In this document: positions 25,619 to 34,287 of the stretch, piece after piece | Position numbering within the stretch: the stretch's first letter is position 1 | How the letters are laid out: each line of letters opens with the position of its first letter | Assembly (NCBI GenBank): GCA_012270975.1 | Contig: JAAXHH010000141.1 | Location: 343,089-407,088 of the forward strand | Direction: 5' to 3' | Origin: Candidatus Latescibacterota bacterium | GTDB taxonomy: Bacteria > JAAXHH01 | DNA: 64,000 nucleotides | Translations under genes and position numbers: made by a program | The notes under the pieces: generated by a model | What the model was told of the DNA's origin: nothing | What the model saw: only the letters and a program-made list of their open reading frames with translations | Database searches by the model: none

Positions 25619-27703
25619 TCAACCGTCCGATTTCTCCACCGGGTCGGCTTCGGCGGCTTCGGCTTCCTCCGCCGGGGCCGCTGCCTCCACTGGGACTGCT
25701 TCCTCCGCCGGGGCGGCTTCCTCCGCCGGGGCGGCTGCCTCCACTGGGGCGGCTTCCTCCGCCGGGGCGGCTTCCTCTTCCACGGTCACCACATCGCCGA
25801 TCACCGTGCCCGCCACGGGGTGCCGGCTCAGGTAGTCGTCGATTTCCGCCCGCTCGCGATCACGGAAGTAGGCCTTGACGCTCAGCACCACCCGCCGGTT
25901 CTTGCCATCGAATTCGATGACCTTCAGCGGGATCTCCTCCCCCTCCTTGAAGGCGTCGCCCGGCCGCTTGATCTCCGGATGGTTGAGCTGTGAAATGGGG
26001 ACGAACCCCTCCACTTCGTGCGAAAGCTCGACGACCACGCCCCGTTCGAGGAGACGGATGATAGTCCCCGTCGTCTCGGTGTTCACCGGGTAGACTTCCG
26101 CGAGCGACAGCCACGGATCCTCGGTGACCTGCTTGATGCCGAGGGATACGCGCCGGGCTTCGGGATCGATGTTGAGGACCATGACGTCGATCTCTTCACC
26201 CTTCTTGACGACCTCGCTCGGGTGCTTGATGCGCCGCGTCCAGGACATGTCGGAGATATGGACCAGTCCGTCGATGCCCTCTTCGATTTCCACGAAGGCG
26301 CCGAAAGCGGTGATGTTGCGCACGCGCCCCCGGACCATGGTACCCACGGTGTACCGCTCGTTAAGAGACAGCCACGGATCCGGCTGGGTCTGCTTCATGC
26401 CCAGGGAGATCTTCTCGTTCTGCTGATCCACCCGCAGGACGACGGCGTCCACGTTCTCGTTGACCGTGACCATCTTCGACGGATGAGTCACGTGCTTCGT
26501 CCAGGACATTTCGGAGATGTGAATCAGTCCCTCGACACCCCGTTCGAGTTCCACGAATGCGCCGTAGTCCGTGATGCTGACGACCCGCCCCGTGATCTTC
26601 GAACCGACAGGGTATTTCTCCTCGACATTGGCCCACGGATAGGGCTCGAGCTGCTTGAGGCCGAGCGAAATACGCTCCCGTTCCCGGTCGAATTCCAGGA
26701 TGGCCACGGTGATCTCGCTGCCGATCGTCACCAGTTCCGAGGGATGGCCGATGCGTCCCCACGAGATATCCGTAATGTGCAGCAGTCCGTCGATGCCGCC
26801 AAGGTCCACGAACGCGCCGAAATCCGTGATGTTCTTGACCACGCCCTTGCGGACCTGGCCGCGGTCGAGCTCGGCGATGATGGCCTGCTTCTGCTTCTCC
26901 TTTTCCACCTCGAGCACCACGCGGCGGGATACCACGATGTTCCGGCGGCTCTTGTTCAGCTTGATGATCTTGAACGGCAGCTTCTCGCCGATGAACTGGT
27001 CCAGGTTCGGCGTCTGCTTCAAAGCCACCTGGGAACCGGGCAGAAAGGCGTCCACCCCGAAGAGGTCGACTACAAGGCCGCCCTTGATCCGCCGCTGAAT
27101 CTGGCCCTCCACCACGGCGCCCTCTTCATGGGCATCCTTGATCTTGTCCCAGACCTTCATGAAATCGGCTTTTTGCTTCGACAGGACGAGTTGCCCTTCC
27201 TGGGCTTCCATGTCCTCCAGGAAGACCTCGATCTCCTGGCCGACTTCGATCTCGTCGGGTTCGGTAAACTCGGAAAGGGGTATGGCGCCTTCCGACTTGA
27301 ACCCGACGTCGATGACCACCTCGCCGTTTTCAACCGCGATGACATGGCCGGAAACGATCTCGCCTTCCACGATATCCTTCAGGGTCTCGTCGTACATCTG
27401 GAACATCTGCTCGTATTCTTCGAGTTCCTGCTGATTCAGGTCCTGCTCGTCCACCCACTTGGGCAGCCTGTACGGACGCTTCGCGGGAGCGGGTTCCGTT
27501 TCGGTAGCCGGCTCGGCCGGCTCGGCCGTCGCAGTCGCTACGGCGGTTTCCGCTTCGACATCGGCCTCCACTTCCACGGCGGTCTCGGCTTCCGGCGTGG
27601 GGGACTCCGCGGATACCTCTTTAGCCGCCTCCGCGGACTCGGCGGGTGAAGAAGACGCCTCGGTCTCCTCGACCTCGGAAGTCTTCGGTGTGTCCTCTGA
27701 CAT
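25619..27703 (-). CDS. rpsA: 30S ribosomal protein S1 with acidic Pro/Glu/Ala-rich N- and C-terminal tails
   Basis: Six S1 repeats (for example GVVKNITDFGAFVDLGGIDGLLHITD and GRVVSITDYGAFVELERGVEGLIHISE). Start set at Met40 of the track ORF (27703) because GGAGGAGGAAC immediately precedes that ATG and the rluB-like stop is at 27777. Confidence 0.9.
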   Translation of the reverse strand: MSEDTPKTSEVEETEASSSPAESAEAAKEVSAESPTPEAETAVEVEADVEAETAVATATAEPAEPATETEPAPAKRPYRLPKWVDEQDLNQQELEEYEQMFQMYDETLKDIVEGEIVSGHVIAVENGEVVIDVGFKSEGAIPLSEFTEPDEIEVGQEIEVFLEDMEAQEGQLVLSKQKADFMKVWDKIKDAHEEGAVVEGQIQRRIKGGLVVDLFGVDAFLPGSQVALKQTPNLDQFIGEKLPFKIIKLNKSRRNIVVSRRVVLEVEKEKQKQAIIAELDRGQVRKGVVKNITDFGAFVDLGGIDGLLHITDISWGRIGHPSELVTIGSEITVAILEFDRERERISLGLKQLEPYPWANVEEKYPVGSKITGRVVSITDYGAFVELERGVEGLIHISEMSWTKHVTHPSKMVTVNENVDAVVLRVDQQNEKISLGMKQTQPDPWLSLNERYTVGTMVRGRVRNITAFGAFVEIEEGIDGLVHISDMSWTRRIKHPSEVVKKGEEIDVMVLNIDPEARRVSLGIKQVTEDPWLSLAEVYPVNTETTGTIIRLLERGVVVELSHEVEGFVPISQLNHPEIKRPGDAFKEGEEIPLKVIEFDGKNRRVVLSVKAYFRDRERAEIDDYLSRHPVAGTVIGDVVTVEEEAAPAEEAAPVEAAAPAEEAAPAEEAVPVEAAAPAEEAEAAEADPVEKSDG
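25646..25781 (-). repeat. in-frame 18-nt tandem repeats encoding (A/E)APAEE / AAPVEA units in the S1 C-terminal tail
   Basis: GCTTCCTCCGCCGGGGCG alternates with GCTGCCTCCACTGGGGCG about seven times. The protein tail reads EEAAPAEEAAPVEAAAPAEEAAPAEEAVPVEAAAPAEEAEAAEA. Confidence 0.8.
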
Positions 27704-27776
27704 GTTCCTCCTCCTTGATGAATGAAAAACACGGACTGCCGCCGCAACGGCGTCAATCCGCCCTGACAAACAGTCT

Positions 27777-28499
27777 TTAGCCGGAGCCGGGGGCTTCCGG
27801 CTCCAGTTCTTCGATTTCAACCTTCGTAAGCGCGCGCCACTTCCCGGCGGGCAGGTCCCGGTCCACCAGGCCGCCCAGACGCACCCGGATCAGCCGAAGC
27901 ACGGGATGCCCCACGTGGTCGCACATCCTCCGGATCTGACGCTTCCGACCCTCGTGCAGCACCATCGAAAGCCAGACGCCGGCGTCCGATTGCCGAAGCA
28001 CCTGGACCCCTGCCTTCGCCGTGGTCCCGCCTTCGATCGGAACGCCTTCTCTGAGCCTGTCCAGCGCATCGTCCCGCGGCACGCTTTTCACCAGCACGTG
28101 GTATTCCTTGTCGATGCCGAAACGGGGATGCATCAGCCTGTAACCCAACGCGCCGTCGTTGGTGAAGAGCAGAAGCCCCTCCGTGTCCCGGTCCAGCCGC
28201 CCAACGGGAAAGACGCGTTCCGGAATATCCCGGATCGGCGTGGCGACCGTGGGTCTCCGGAACGGGTCGTGCATCGTGGTCAGGTACCCGGCCGGCTTGT
28301 TGAGCAGGTAACACCTCAGGACCGCGGGCGCGTTCAGCGGCAGGTCGTCGACCGTCACGACGTCGGCGCCGGGCTGAACCTGCGTGGCCAGGGAGACAAC
28401 CGTCTCTCCGTTCAGTTTCACCCGTCCGGCCACGATCATCGATTCGCTTCGCCTCCTCGAGGCGACACCCGCCCGGGCCAGGTATCTATTCAGTCTCAT
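27777..28499 (-). CDS. rluB: pseudouridine synthase, RsuA/RluB family
   Basis: 240 aa. S4 domain (MRLNRYLARAGVASRRRSE..I..GRV.LNG) and catalytic motif VFPVGRLDRDTEGLLLFTNDG. Confidence 0.85.
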   Translation of the reverse strand: MRLNRYLARAGVASRRRSESMIVAGRVKLNGETVVSLATQVQPGADVVTVDDLPLNAPAVLRCYLLNKPAGYLTTMHDPFRRPTVATPIRDIPERVFPVGRLDRDTEGLLLFTNDGALGYRLMHPRFGIDKEYHVLVKSVPRDDALDRLREGVPIEGGTTAKAGVQVLRQSDAGVWLSMVLHEGRKRQIRRMCDHVGHPVLRLIRVRLGGLVDRDLPAGKWRALTKVEIEELEPEAPGSG

Positions 28500-29160
28500 C
28501 AGTCGACGCGATCTTCTCGTCCGTTTCGGCGACCGGACGTCCCGGCCCCGGGAACAACGCCGGGTCGGGCTCCTCGTCTTCCTCGGTCAGCACGATGTCC
28601 TGGTCCTTCAGCAATTCGTTCAGTTCGTCCAGCTTGGGCAGGTCCGAGAGCCTGTTGAGCCCGAAATACCTGAGGAAATCGCCTGTCGTCGCGTACAGAA
28701 TCGGCCGGCCGACGCCTTCGCCTCTCCCGGCGATCCGAATCAGGTTGCGATCAAGCAATGTGCGGAGTACGCCGTCTACGTTCACGCCCCGGATCGCTTC
28801 CACCTCCGTCCGGCTGATGGGCTGCTTGTAGGCGACGATCGCCAGGCATTCCAGGGCAGCCTGCGTCAAGCGGGAAGGGATCCTCCCGCGGTACAGCCGG
28901 CGTATCCATTTCGCGTAGGCCGCCTTGCTGCTGAACTGGTAACCGTTCGCCACGTGCCGGATCTCGAACCCGTGGCCGCCCTGCTCATATTGCTCATTCA
29001 ACGCCTCGATGCAGCGGCCGATCAATTCCTCGCCCGCATCGTCCATGATGCGGCTGAGTTCATTCAGACTCAGCGGCGTATCGCTGGCGAGGAGCACGGC
29101 CTCCGTGATCGCCCGGTACTCGTCCAGCTGCGCCTCGTCCATGACCAGTTGCTTTTGCAT
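28486..29160 (-). CDS. scpB: SMC-Scp complex subunit ScpB
   Basis: 224 aa. ..EAVLLASDTPLSLNEL.., ..LAIVAYKQPISRTEVEAIRGVN..VLRTLLDRNLI.., and LYATT..FL..FGL..L.DLP. Confidence 0.85.
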   Translation of the reverse strand: MQKQLVMDEAQLDEYRAITEAVLLASDTPLSLNELSRIMDDAGEELIGRCIEALNEQYEQGGHGFEIRHVANGYQFSSKAAYAKWIRRLYRGRIPSRLTQAALECLAIVAYKQPISRTEVEAIRGVNVDGVLRTLLDRNLIRIAGRGEGVGRPILYATTGDFLRYFGLNRLSDLPKLDELNELLKDQDIVLTEEDEEPDPALFPGPGRPVAETDEKIASTDETE

Positions 29161-29173
29161 CCCGTCTGCTGCC

Positions 29174-29920
29174 TCACGACGACGAGTTCACCGAATCGGC
29201 CAGGGTAAGCCAGATCTCCCCCAGCGTGTCGGTCTGCTCGAATACAACCCGGTTCTGCCGTATGAGTTCCAGCAGGGCCAGGAAGGTGATGATCAGAAAC
29301 GACCGGGAGAGGTCTTCCTTGAACAGGGAACTGAAGAACAGGTTCTTCCGCGTCTTCAGATTATCGAGGATGTTGTCCATCCGTTCCTCGATCGAAACGG
29401 TTTCCCGCTCGACGGTACGGTCGAAATCGTCTTTTGCGCGGTCCAGCGTGAACTTGAACGCCTGCAGCAGGTCCCAGAGATTCAGGTTGCCCGCCAGGCG
29501 GGTGTCGAGCGTTTCCACGCCATTCAGGTCCTCGTCCCAGTTTTCCACGGGAGGATGGTAGAACACGTCCGCGGTCCGGTCCTGGTGTTCGTTCAGCACG
29601 CCCGCCGCTTCCTTGAACTGCCGGTACTCCAGCAACCGCTGCACGAGTTCTTCCCGTGGATCGGCGGCCTCTTCTTCATCCTCTTCGGGCCTTCGGGGCA
29701 GGAGCATCTTCGACTTGATGCGAAGCAGCGTAGCCGCCATGAGCAGGTACTCGCTGCCCACCTCCAGATCCAGCAGCTTGAGCAGTTCGAGGTACTGCAG
29801 GTACTGCTGCGTGACCAGCGAAATGGGAATATCGTAGATATCCACTTCGTGTTCCTTGATCAGGAACAGCAGGAGATCGAGGGGCCCTTCGAAATGCTCG
29901 AGTTTTACCTGGTAGGCCAT
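29174..29920 (-). CDS. scpA: segregation and condensation protein A (ScpA)
   Basis: 248 aa. KLEHFEGPLDLLLFLIKEHEVDIYDIPISLVTQQYLQYL shows the kleisin N-terminus. It lies adjacent to scpB. Confidence 0.85.
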   Translation of the reverse strand: MAYQVKLEHFEGPLDLLLFLIKEHEVDIYDIPISLVTQQYLQYLELLKLLDLEVGSEYLLMAATLLRIKSKMLLPRRPEEDEEEAADPREELVQRLLEYRQFKEAAGVLNEHQDRTADVFYHPPVENWDEDLNGVETLDTRLAGNLNLWDLLQAFKFTLDRAKDDFDRTVERETVSIEERMDNILDNLKTRKNLFFSSLFKEDLSRSFLIITFLALLELIRQNRVVFEQTDTLGEIWLTLADSVNSSS

Positions 29921-30453
29921 AACACTTCTTCCGGTCGTTCATTCTTGAGAAACAGGTAGGGACGCCAGGATTGATGGTGGATGCCTATGAAATCGCGTAT
30001 GAAGTGTATCCTGGTGGGCGCCTTGGGCTTGCGCCTGAGCACCATGTCCGCTTGCTCCGGCAGCCTGTCCCCTTTCTTGTTGTTGCACCGCTGGCAGGCG
30101 CATACCATGTTTTCCCAGCTGTCCGCTCCGCCCAGGTACCTCGGCAGGACATGATCCACGGTCAACGGCCCCCGCGTCGTGCTGCAGTACTGGCACTGGT
30201 GGCCGTCGCGCTTGAGGATGTTCTTCCTGGACAGCATGATGCCTTTACTGGGTATGCGAACGTAGTTCACGAGCCGGACGATACTGGGCCGGTCGAACAT
30301 CGCGTACACGCCCCGCACCGGGTCCGCATACTTGTCAATGATCTCCGCCTTGCGCAGAAAAACGAGAATGACCGCCCGCCTTGCCGTACAAACACTCAAA
30401 GGCTCGTAGTTCTGGTTCAGAACGAGGACATGTTCGCTTACCATGCCTTGCAC
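29905..30453 (-). CDS. HNH endonuclease family protein
   Basis: 182 aa. RDGHQCQYCSTTRGPLTVDHVLPRYLGGADSWENMVCACQRCNNKKGDR is an HNH motif with zinc-binding Cys pairs. Its 3' end overlaps the scpA start by 16 nt. Confidence 0.75.
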   Translation of the reverse strand: MQGMVSEHVLVLNQNYEPLSVCTARRAVILVFLRKAEIIDKYADPVRGVYAMFDRPSIVRLVNYVRIPSKGIMLSRKNILKRDGHQCQYCSTTRGPLTVDHVLPRYLGGADSWENMVCACQRCNNKKGDRLPEQADMVLRRKPKAPTRIHFIRDFIGIHHQSWRPYLFLKNERPEEVLWPTR

Positions 30454-30763
30454 GCCTTTCCGAAACCCCAGTTCCTCCCTTGCGAAACGATCCTGAACCG
30501 GTTACGGGAACGATCCCCGCTAAACCTAGACAATGTAGGTTTCTCAAGGGCTTACGTCAATAGTTTTATTGGTTCTCGCGCGGGCTGGAGCGCCGCTCCG
30601 GCACGGGCATGTCCGGCTCGTTTCCTCTCGCGGGCAGACCCTGCTTGCCGGGTGCGACCGTTTATTGTAGATTAACCCGCCGCGGGAACCGATGCGGAAA
30701 CCGATCCAATGGACACAGTCGGGCACGGACGTCAAGTTGATGCCGGTTTACGGAAGCAAGGTC

Positions 30764-31555
30764 ATGACCCCTTTCGAAGAACTCGTTGAAATCATGGCGA
30801 AACTCAGGTCGGAAGGGGGGTGTCCCTGGGACCGGGAACAGACGCACCAGACCCTGCGGCCGTACCTGATAGAGGAAGCCTACGAAGTGCTTGACGCGCT
30901 GGACAACGGCGGGGACGGCGACTTCCGGGACGAACTGGGCGATCTGCTCCTGCAGGTCGTCTTCCACGCGCAGATCGCCACCGAAGAGCAGCGGTTCGAC
31001 ATCCATGACGTGTCCCGCGCCATCAACGAAAAGCTCGTGCGGCGCCATCCCCACGTATTCGGGGACACCCGGGCGGACACGGCCGAAGAGGTGCTGACCA
31101 ACTGGGAGAAGATCAAGCGGGCGGAGAAGGGGGAGGAAGGCCGCAAATCGGTGCTCGACGGCCTTCCGGCAGGCATGCCGGCCCTGCTGCGCGCCTACCG
31201 CATCCAGGAAAAGGTCGCCCGGGTCAACTTCGACTGGGACGACGTCAAAGAGGTGTTCGAGAAGGTCGGAGAAGAAATCGGCGAGGTGCGCAGGGCCCTG
31301 GAGAACGGGGACAGGACGAAAATCGAGGAGGAGATGGGCGATCTGCTGTTCTCCCTGGTGAACCTGTCCCGCCACCTCAACGTGCCGCCGGAAGACGCCC
31401 TGAGAAGGAGCAACGACAAGTTCATCCGGCGTTTCCGGTACATCGAGGCCGCCCTCGAACTCAAGGGAGAGAGCCTGGAACGGGCCACCTTCGAGGAGCT
31501 GGACGCCCTGTGGGACGAGGCCAAGGGAAGGGAGTCGGATGCCGACGCCGGCTGA
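30764..31555 (+). CDS. mazG: nucleoside triphosphate pyrophosphohydrolase MazG
   Basis: FEELVEIMAKLRSEGGCPWDREQTHQTLRPYLIEEAYEVLDAL.. plus a second MazG repeat (EEIGEV..A..EEMGDLLFSLVNLSRHL). Start set at the internal ATG 30764 for a typical length. The track ORF begins at 30692. Confidence 0.85.
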   Translation: MTPFEELVEIMAKLRSEGGCPWDREQTHQTLRPYLIEEAYEVLDALDNGGDGDFRDELGDLLLQVVFHAQIATEEQRFDIHDVSRAINEKLVRRHPHVFGDTRADTAEEVLTNWEKIKRAEKGEEGRKSVLDGLPAGMPALLRAYRIQEKVARVNFDWDDVKEVFEKVGEEIGEVRRALENGDRTKIEEEMGDLLFSLVNLSRHLNVPPEDALRRSNDKFIRRFRYIEAALELKGESLERATFEELDALWDEAKGRESDADAG

Positions 31556-32648
31556 ATCGGTGCTCCAGTTCGGCAGCGGCCGGTTCCTCCGCGCCTTCGC
31601 CGACCTCTTCATCCACGAGGCCAGGCAGGCCGGGCAGGATATCGGCCGGGTCGTCGTGGTACAGTCCACGGACACGGGGCGGGCCCGGTTATTCAACGAC
31701 CAGAACGGCCGGTACCGGATCCACGTGCGGGGGATACGCGACGGCAGGCGGATCAGTGAATCCGTCCAGGTAGAGAGCGTCTCGAGAGCATTGAGCGCCA
31801 CGCAGGATTGGGAAGCCGTACTGGCCCTGGGGCGCGATCCTTCAACGGAATACATCCTGTCCAACACCTCGGAAACCGGCTACGACGTTCCGGAATCAGA
31901 GCGGCTGGACGGCGCGCCGCCGGTTTCCTTCCCCGGAAAGCTGCTCGGGGTGCTCCTCGCACGTTACGAAAGCGGCGGGACGCCGGTGACCGTCATACCC
32001 TGCGAACTGATCGACGGCAACGCCGGCGTGTTGCGCCGGCTAGTCCTTTCGCTGGGACGTAAACGGCGTCTCGGGGGCGATTTCCTGGAATGGATGGAGG
32101 AAGGGGTCACCTGGCTGCATACGCTCGTGGACCGGATCACCATCGAACCGCCGCCGGGTTTTCCCAATCCCGACGGCGACGGGTTGCTGGCGCTGACCGA
32201 ACCCTTCGCCTTCTGGGCTCTGGAAGACCAGCCGGAGGCCGCTCCCTTCATCGAACATCCGGCCATTGTGCGGACGAAAGACGTCCGACCCTACGCCCTG
32301 CGCAAGGTGAGGGTGCTCAACGGCGCCCACACGGCGCTGGTGTGCCGGGCCATGCCCCTGGGCATCCAGACCGTCCGGGAGGCGGCGGACCATGCTGAAA
32401 CGGGTCCCTGGCTGCGGGACCTGATGCTCGAGGAACTCGTGCCGGCACTGCCGGACGAGGTGGAAGACGCCCGATCCTTCGCGGAAGACTGCATTGAACG
32501 GTTCCGGAACCCTTTTCTGGACCATCGGCTCGAATCCATCGCGACAGCGCACCAGGTCAAAGTCAAGTTGCGCCTGGTGCCCTCATACGAAGCGTACGTC
32601 GAAAAGTTCCAGCGGAAACCGCCCCTGCTGTCCGCCCTGCTCAACTGA
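31539..32648 (+). CDS. uxaB: tagaturonate reductase / altronate oxidoreductase-like (mannitol dehydrogenase family), shorter than E. coli UxaB
   Basis: 369 aa. It appears collinear with my recollection of E. coli UxaB: VLQFGSGRFLRAF.., ..SNTSETGY.., ..PGKL..LL..R.., VIPCELID.NG..LR.., TLVDRI.., R.LNGAHTAL.., RFRNPFLDH.L..IA. Confidence 0.65.
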   Translation: MPTPAESVLQFGSGRFLRAFADLFIHEARQAGQDIGRVVVVQSTDTGRARLFNDQNGRYRIHVRGIRDGRRISESVQVESVSRALSATQDWEAVLALGRDPSTEYILSNTSETGYDVPESERLDGAPPVSFPGKLLGVLLARYESGGTPVTVIPCELIDGNAGVLRRLVLSLGRKRRLGGDFLEWMEEGVTWLHTLVDRITIEPPPGFPNPDGDGLLALTEPFAFWALEDQPEAAPFIEHPAIVRTKDVRPYALRKVRVLNGAHTALVCRAMPLGIQTVREAADHAETGPWLRDLMLEELVPALPDEVEDARSFAEDCIERFRNPFLDHRLESIATAHQVKVKLRLVPSYEAYVEKFQRKPPLLSALLN

Positions 32649-32666
32649 ATAGCGAGTCCTGACCCT

Positions 32667-33686
32667 ATGCCGACCATTGTACTCGAAGAACCCGGCCGTT
32701 TCGTCCTGGAGGATACCCCCGAACCCACGCCGCCGGGTCCCGGCGAGGTCCTGGTGCGCATTCGGCGGGTCGGTATCTGCGGCACGGATCTCCACGCCTT
32801 CGAGGGGACGCAGCCCTTCTTCGACTACCCCCGCATCCTCGGGCACGAACTGGGGGTGGAGGTCATCGCAGCTGGCCGGGACGTGACGCACATCCATCCC
32901 GGTGACCTCTGCGCCGTCGTCCCCTACATGGACTGCGGGGACTGCGTGCCCTGCCGCATGGGCAAGACGAATTGCTGCTCGAACCTCGACGTCCTGGGCG
33001 TCCACGTGGACGGCGGTATGCGGGACGTCCTGACGCTCCCCGGCGAGAAGCTACTCCGTTCCGACGTCCTGTCCCTCGAGCAGCTTGCGCTGGTGGAAAC
33101 GCTGGGCATCGGCGCCCACGCCGTGGACCGCGCCGCGGTCGAACCAGGAGAAACGGTCCTGCTCATCGGCGCCGGCCCCATCGGCCTGTCCGTGCTGACC
33201 TTCGCCCTCCTGGCCGGTGCGCGCGTGATCCTGCTGGAGATCAGCGAGCGGCGCATCGACTTCTGCAGACGGCGCTACGACCTCCGCGAAGTCATTCCCG
33301 GCAACGCGGACGTGAAGTCGAATCTGCACAATATACTGGGCGGCGAACTGCCCACGGCCGTCTTCGACGCCACCGGACACGCCGGGTCCATGATGCGGGC
33401 CCACGATTACGTTTCGAACGGCGGACGCCTGGTCTACGTCGGGATCACGGGTTCGCAGATCACATTCGACGGTCCCGATTTCCACCGACGGGAGATGACA
33501 CTGCTCAGCAGCCGGAACGCCCGAACGGTCGACCTGCAGCGGGTCATCGGGCATATCGAGGCCGGCCGGATCGACACTTCGCCCTGGATTTCCCACACGG
33601 CCGGACCGGAACAAATGCTTGTGGATTTTCCCACGTGGCTCGATCCGGAAAACGGCGTGGTCAAGGCGGTACTCGAAATGGCGTGA
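32667..33686 (+). CDS. zinc-binding alcohol/polyol dehydrogenase (MDR family)
   Basis: 339 aa. GICGTDLHAFEG, GHE.GVEV, structural-zinc Cys cluster CGDCVPCRMGKTNCC, and Rossmann motif LLIGAGPIGL. Confidence 0.8.
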   Translation: MPTIVLEEPGRFVLEDTPEPTPPGPGEVLVRIRRVGICGTDLHAFEGTQPFFDYPRILGHELGVEVIAAGRDVTHIHPGDLCAVVPYMDCGDCVPCRMGKTNCCSNLDVLGVHVDGGMRDVLTLPGEKLLRSDVLSLEQLALVETLGIGAHAVDRAAVEPGETVLLIGAGPIGLSVLTFALLAGARVILLEISERRIDFCRRRYDLREVIPGNADVKSNLHNILGGELPTAVFDATGHAGSMMRAHDYVSNGGRLVYVGITGSQITFDGPDFHRREMTLLSSRNARTVDLQRVIGHIEAGRIDTSPWISHTAGPEQMLVDFPTWLDPENGVVKAVLEMA

Positions 33687-33842
33687 GGCCGGATCAAACC
33701 ATGGTTGTGTGCTCGCATAGACCAGTCGGACTGAAACGAACGTGTTGTATCCGCCCGCTGCATTGCGTAACATGATTAACAGCGAAGGATAACGCAATTC
33801 CACGTGTCAAAGAAACGACGAGGAACAAAGGGGGAGGAAACC

Positions 33843-34268
33843 GTGGACAAGCAGACTTTGATAGACAACCTGAACGGAGACCTGGCGGCCGAACTGGGCG
33901 CGATCATCCAGTTTACCATCTACGCGGCCAAGGCCAGCGGTCCCTACCGGCCCGAACTGGCCAAGTTCTTCCAGGACGAGGTTGCCGATGAGCAACTTCA
34001 TGCGCAGTACCTTGCCGACAAGATCGTGGTGCTGGGCGGCGAGCCCACGACCGTTCCCCGGCCGGTCAAGGTGAGCGATTCGAACCGCGAGAACCTGGAG
34101 ACGATGCTCGAGGACGAACGCACGATCGTCAATCGGTATGTCCAGCGCCGGTCCGAGGCCGAGGAATACGGCGATTACGGACTCATGGTCCAACTGGAAG
34201 ACATGATCCGGGACGAGAGCAGTCACGCCGAAGAAGTGGAACGCATCCTTCGGGATTGGCCCCTGTAA
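33843..34268 (+). CDS. ferritin-like (bacterioferritin/Dps-type four-helix bundle) protein
   Basis: LIDNLNGDLAAELGAIIQFTIYA.. and ..DEVADEQLHAQYLADKIVVLGGEP.. ..DESSHAEEVERIL carry E/H metal-site-like residues. Start moved to GTG 33843, preceded by GGGGGAGG. The track ORF begins at 33804. Confidence 0.65.
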   Translation: MDKQTLIDNLNGDLAAELGAIIQFTIYAAKASGPYRPELAKFFQDEVADEQLHAQYLADKIVVLGGEPTTVPRPVKVSDSNRENLETMLEDERTIVNRYVQRRSEAEEYGDYGLMVQLEDMIRDESSHAEEVERILRDWPL

Positions 34269-34287
34269 CTCCAACCGCGATTGCCAA

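Noticed and set aside
25646-25781. Short regularly repeated units that could be mistaken for a CRISPR-like array
   Set aside because: The units are contiguous 18-nt repeats without spacers. They lie in frame inside rpsA, where they encode a Pro/Glu/Ala tail.
24269-25993. 574-aa plus-strand ORF
   Set aside because: Antisense shadow spanning mtaB and the rpsA 3' end. The minus-strand products carry clear radical-SAM and S1 motifs.
26018-27649. 543-aa plus-strand ORF
   Set aside because: Antisense shadow of rpsA.
30662-31867. 401-aa minus-strand ORF
   Set aside because: Antisense to mazG and the uxaB-like gene, both of which have clear family motifs.
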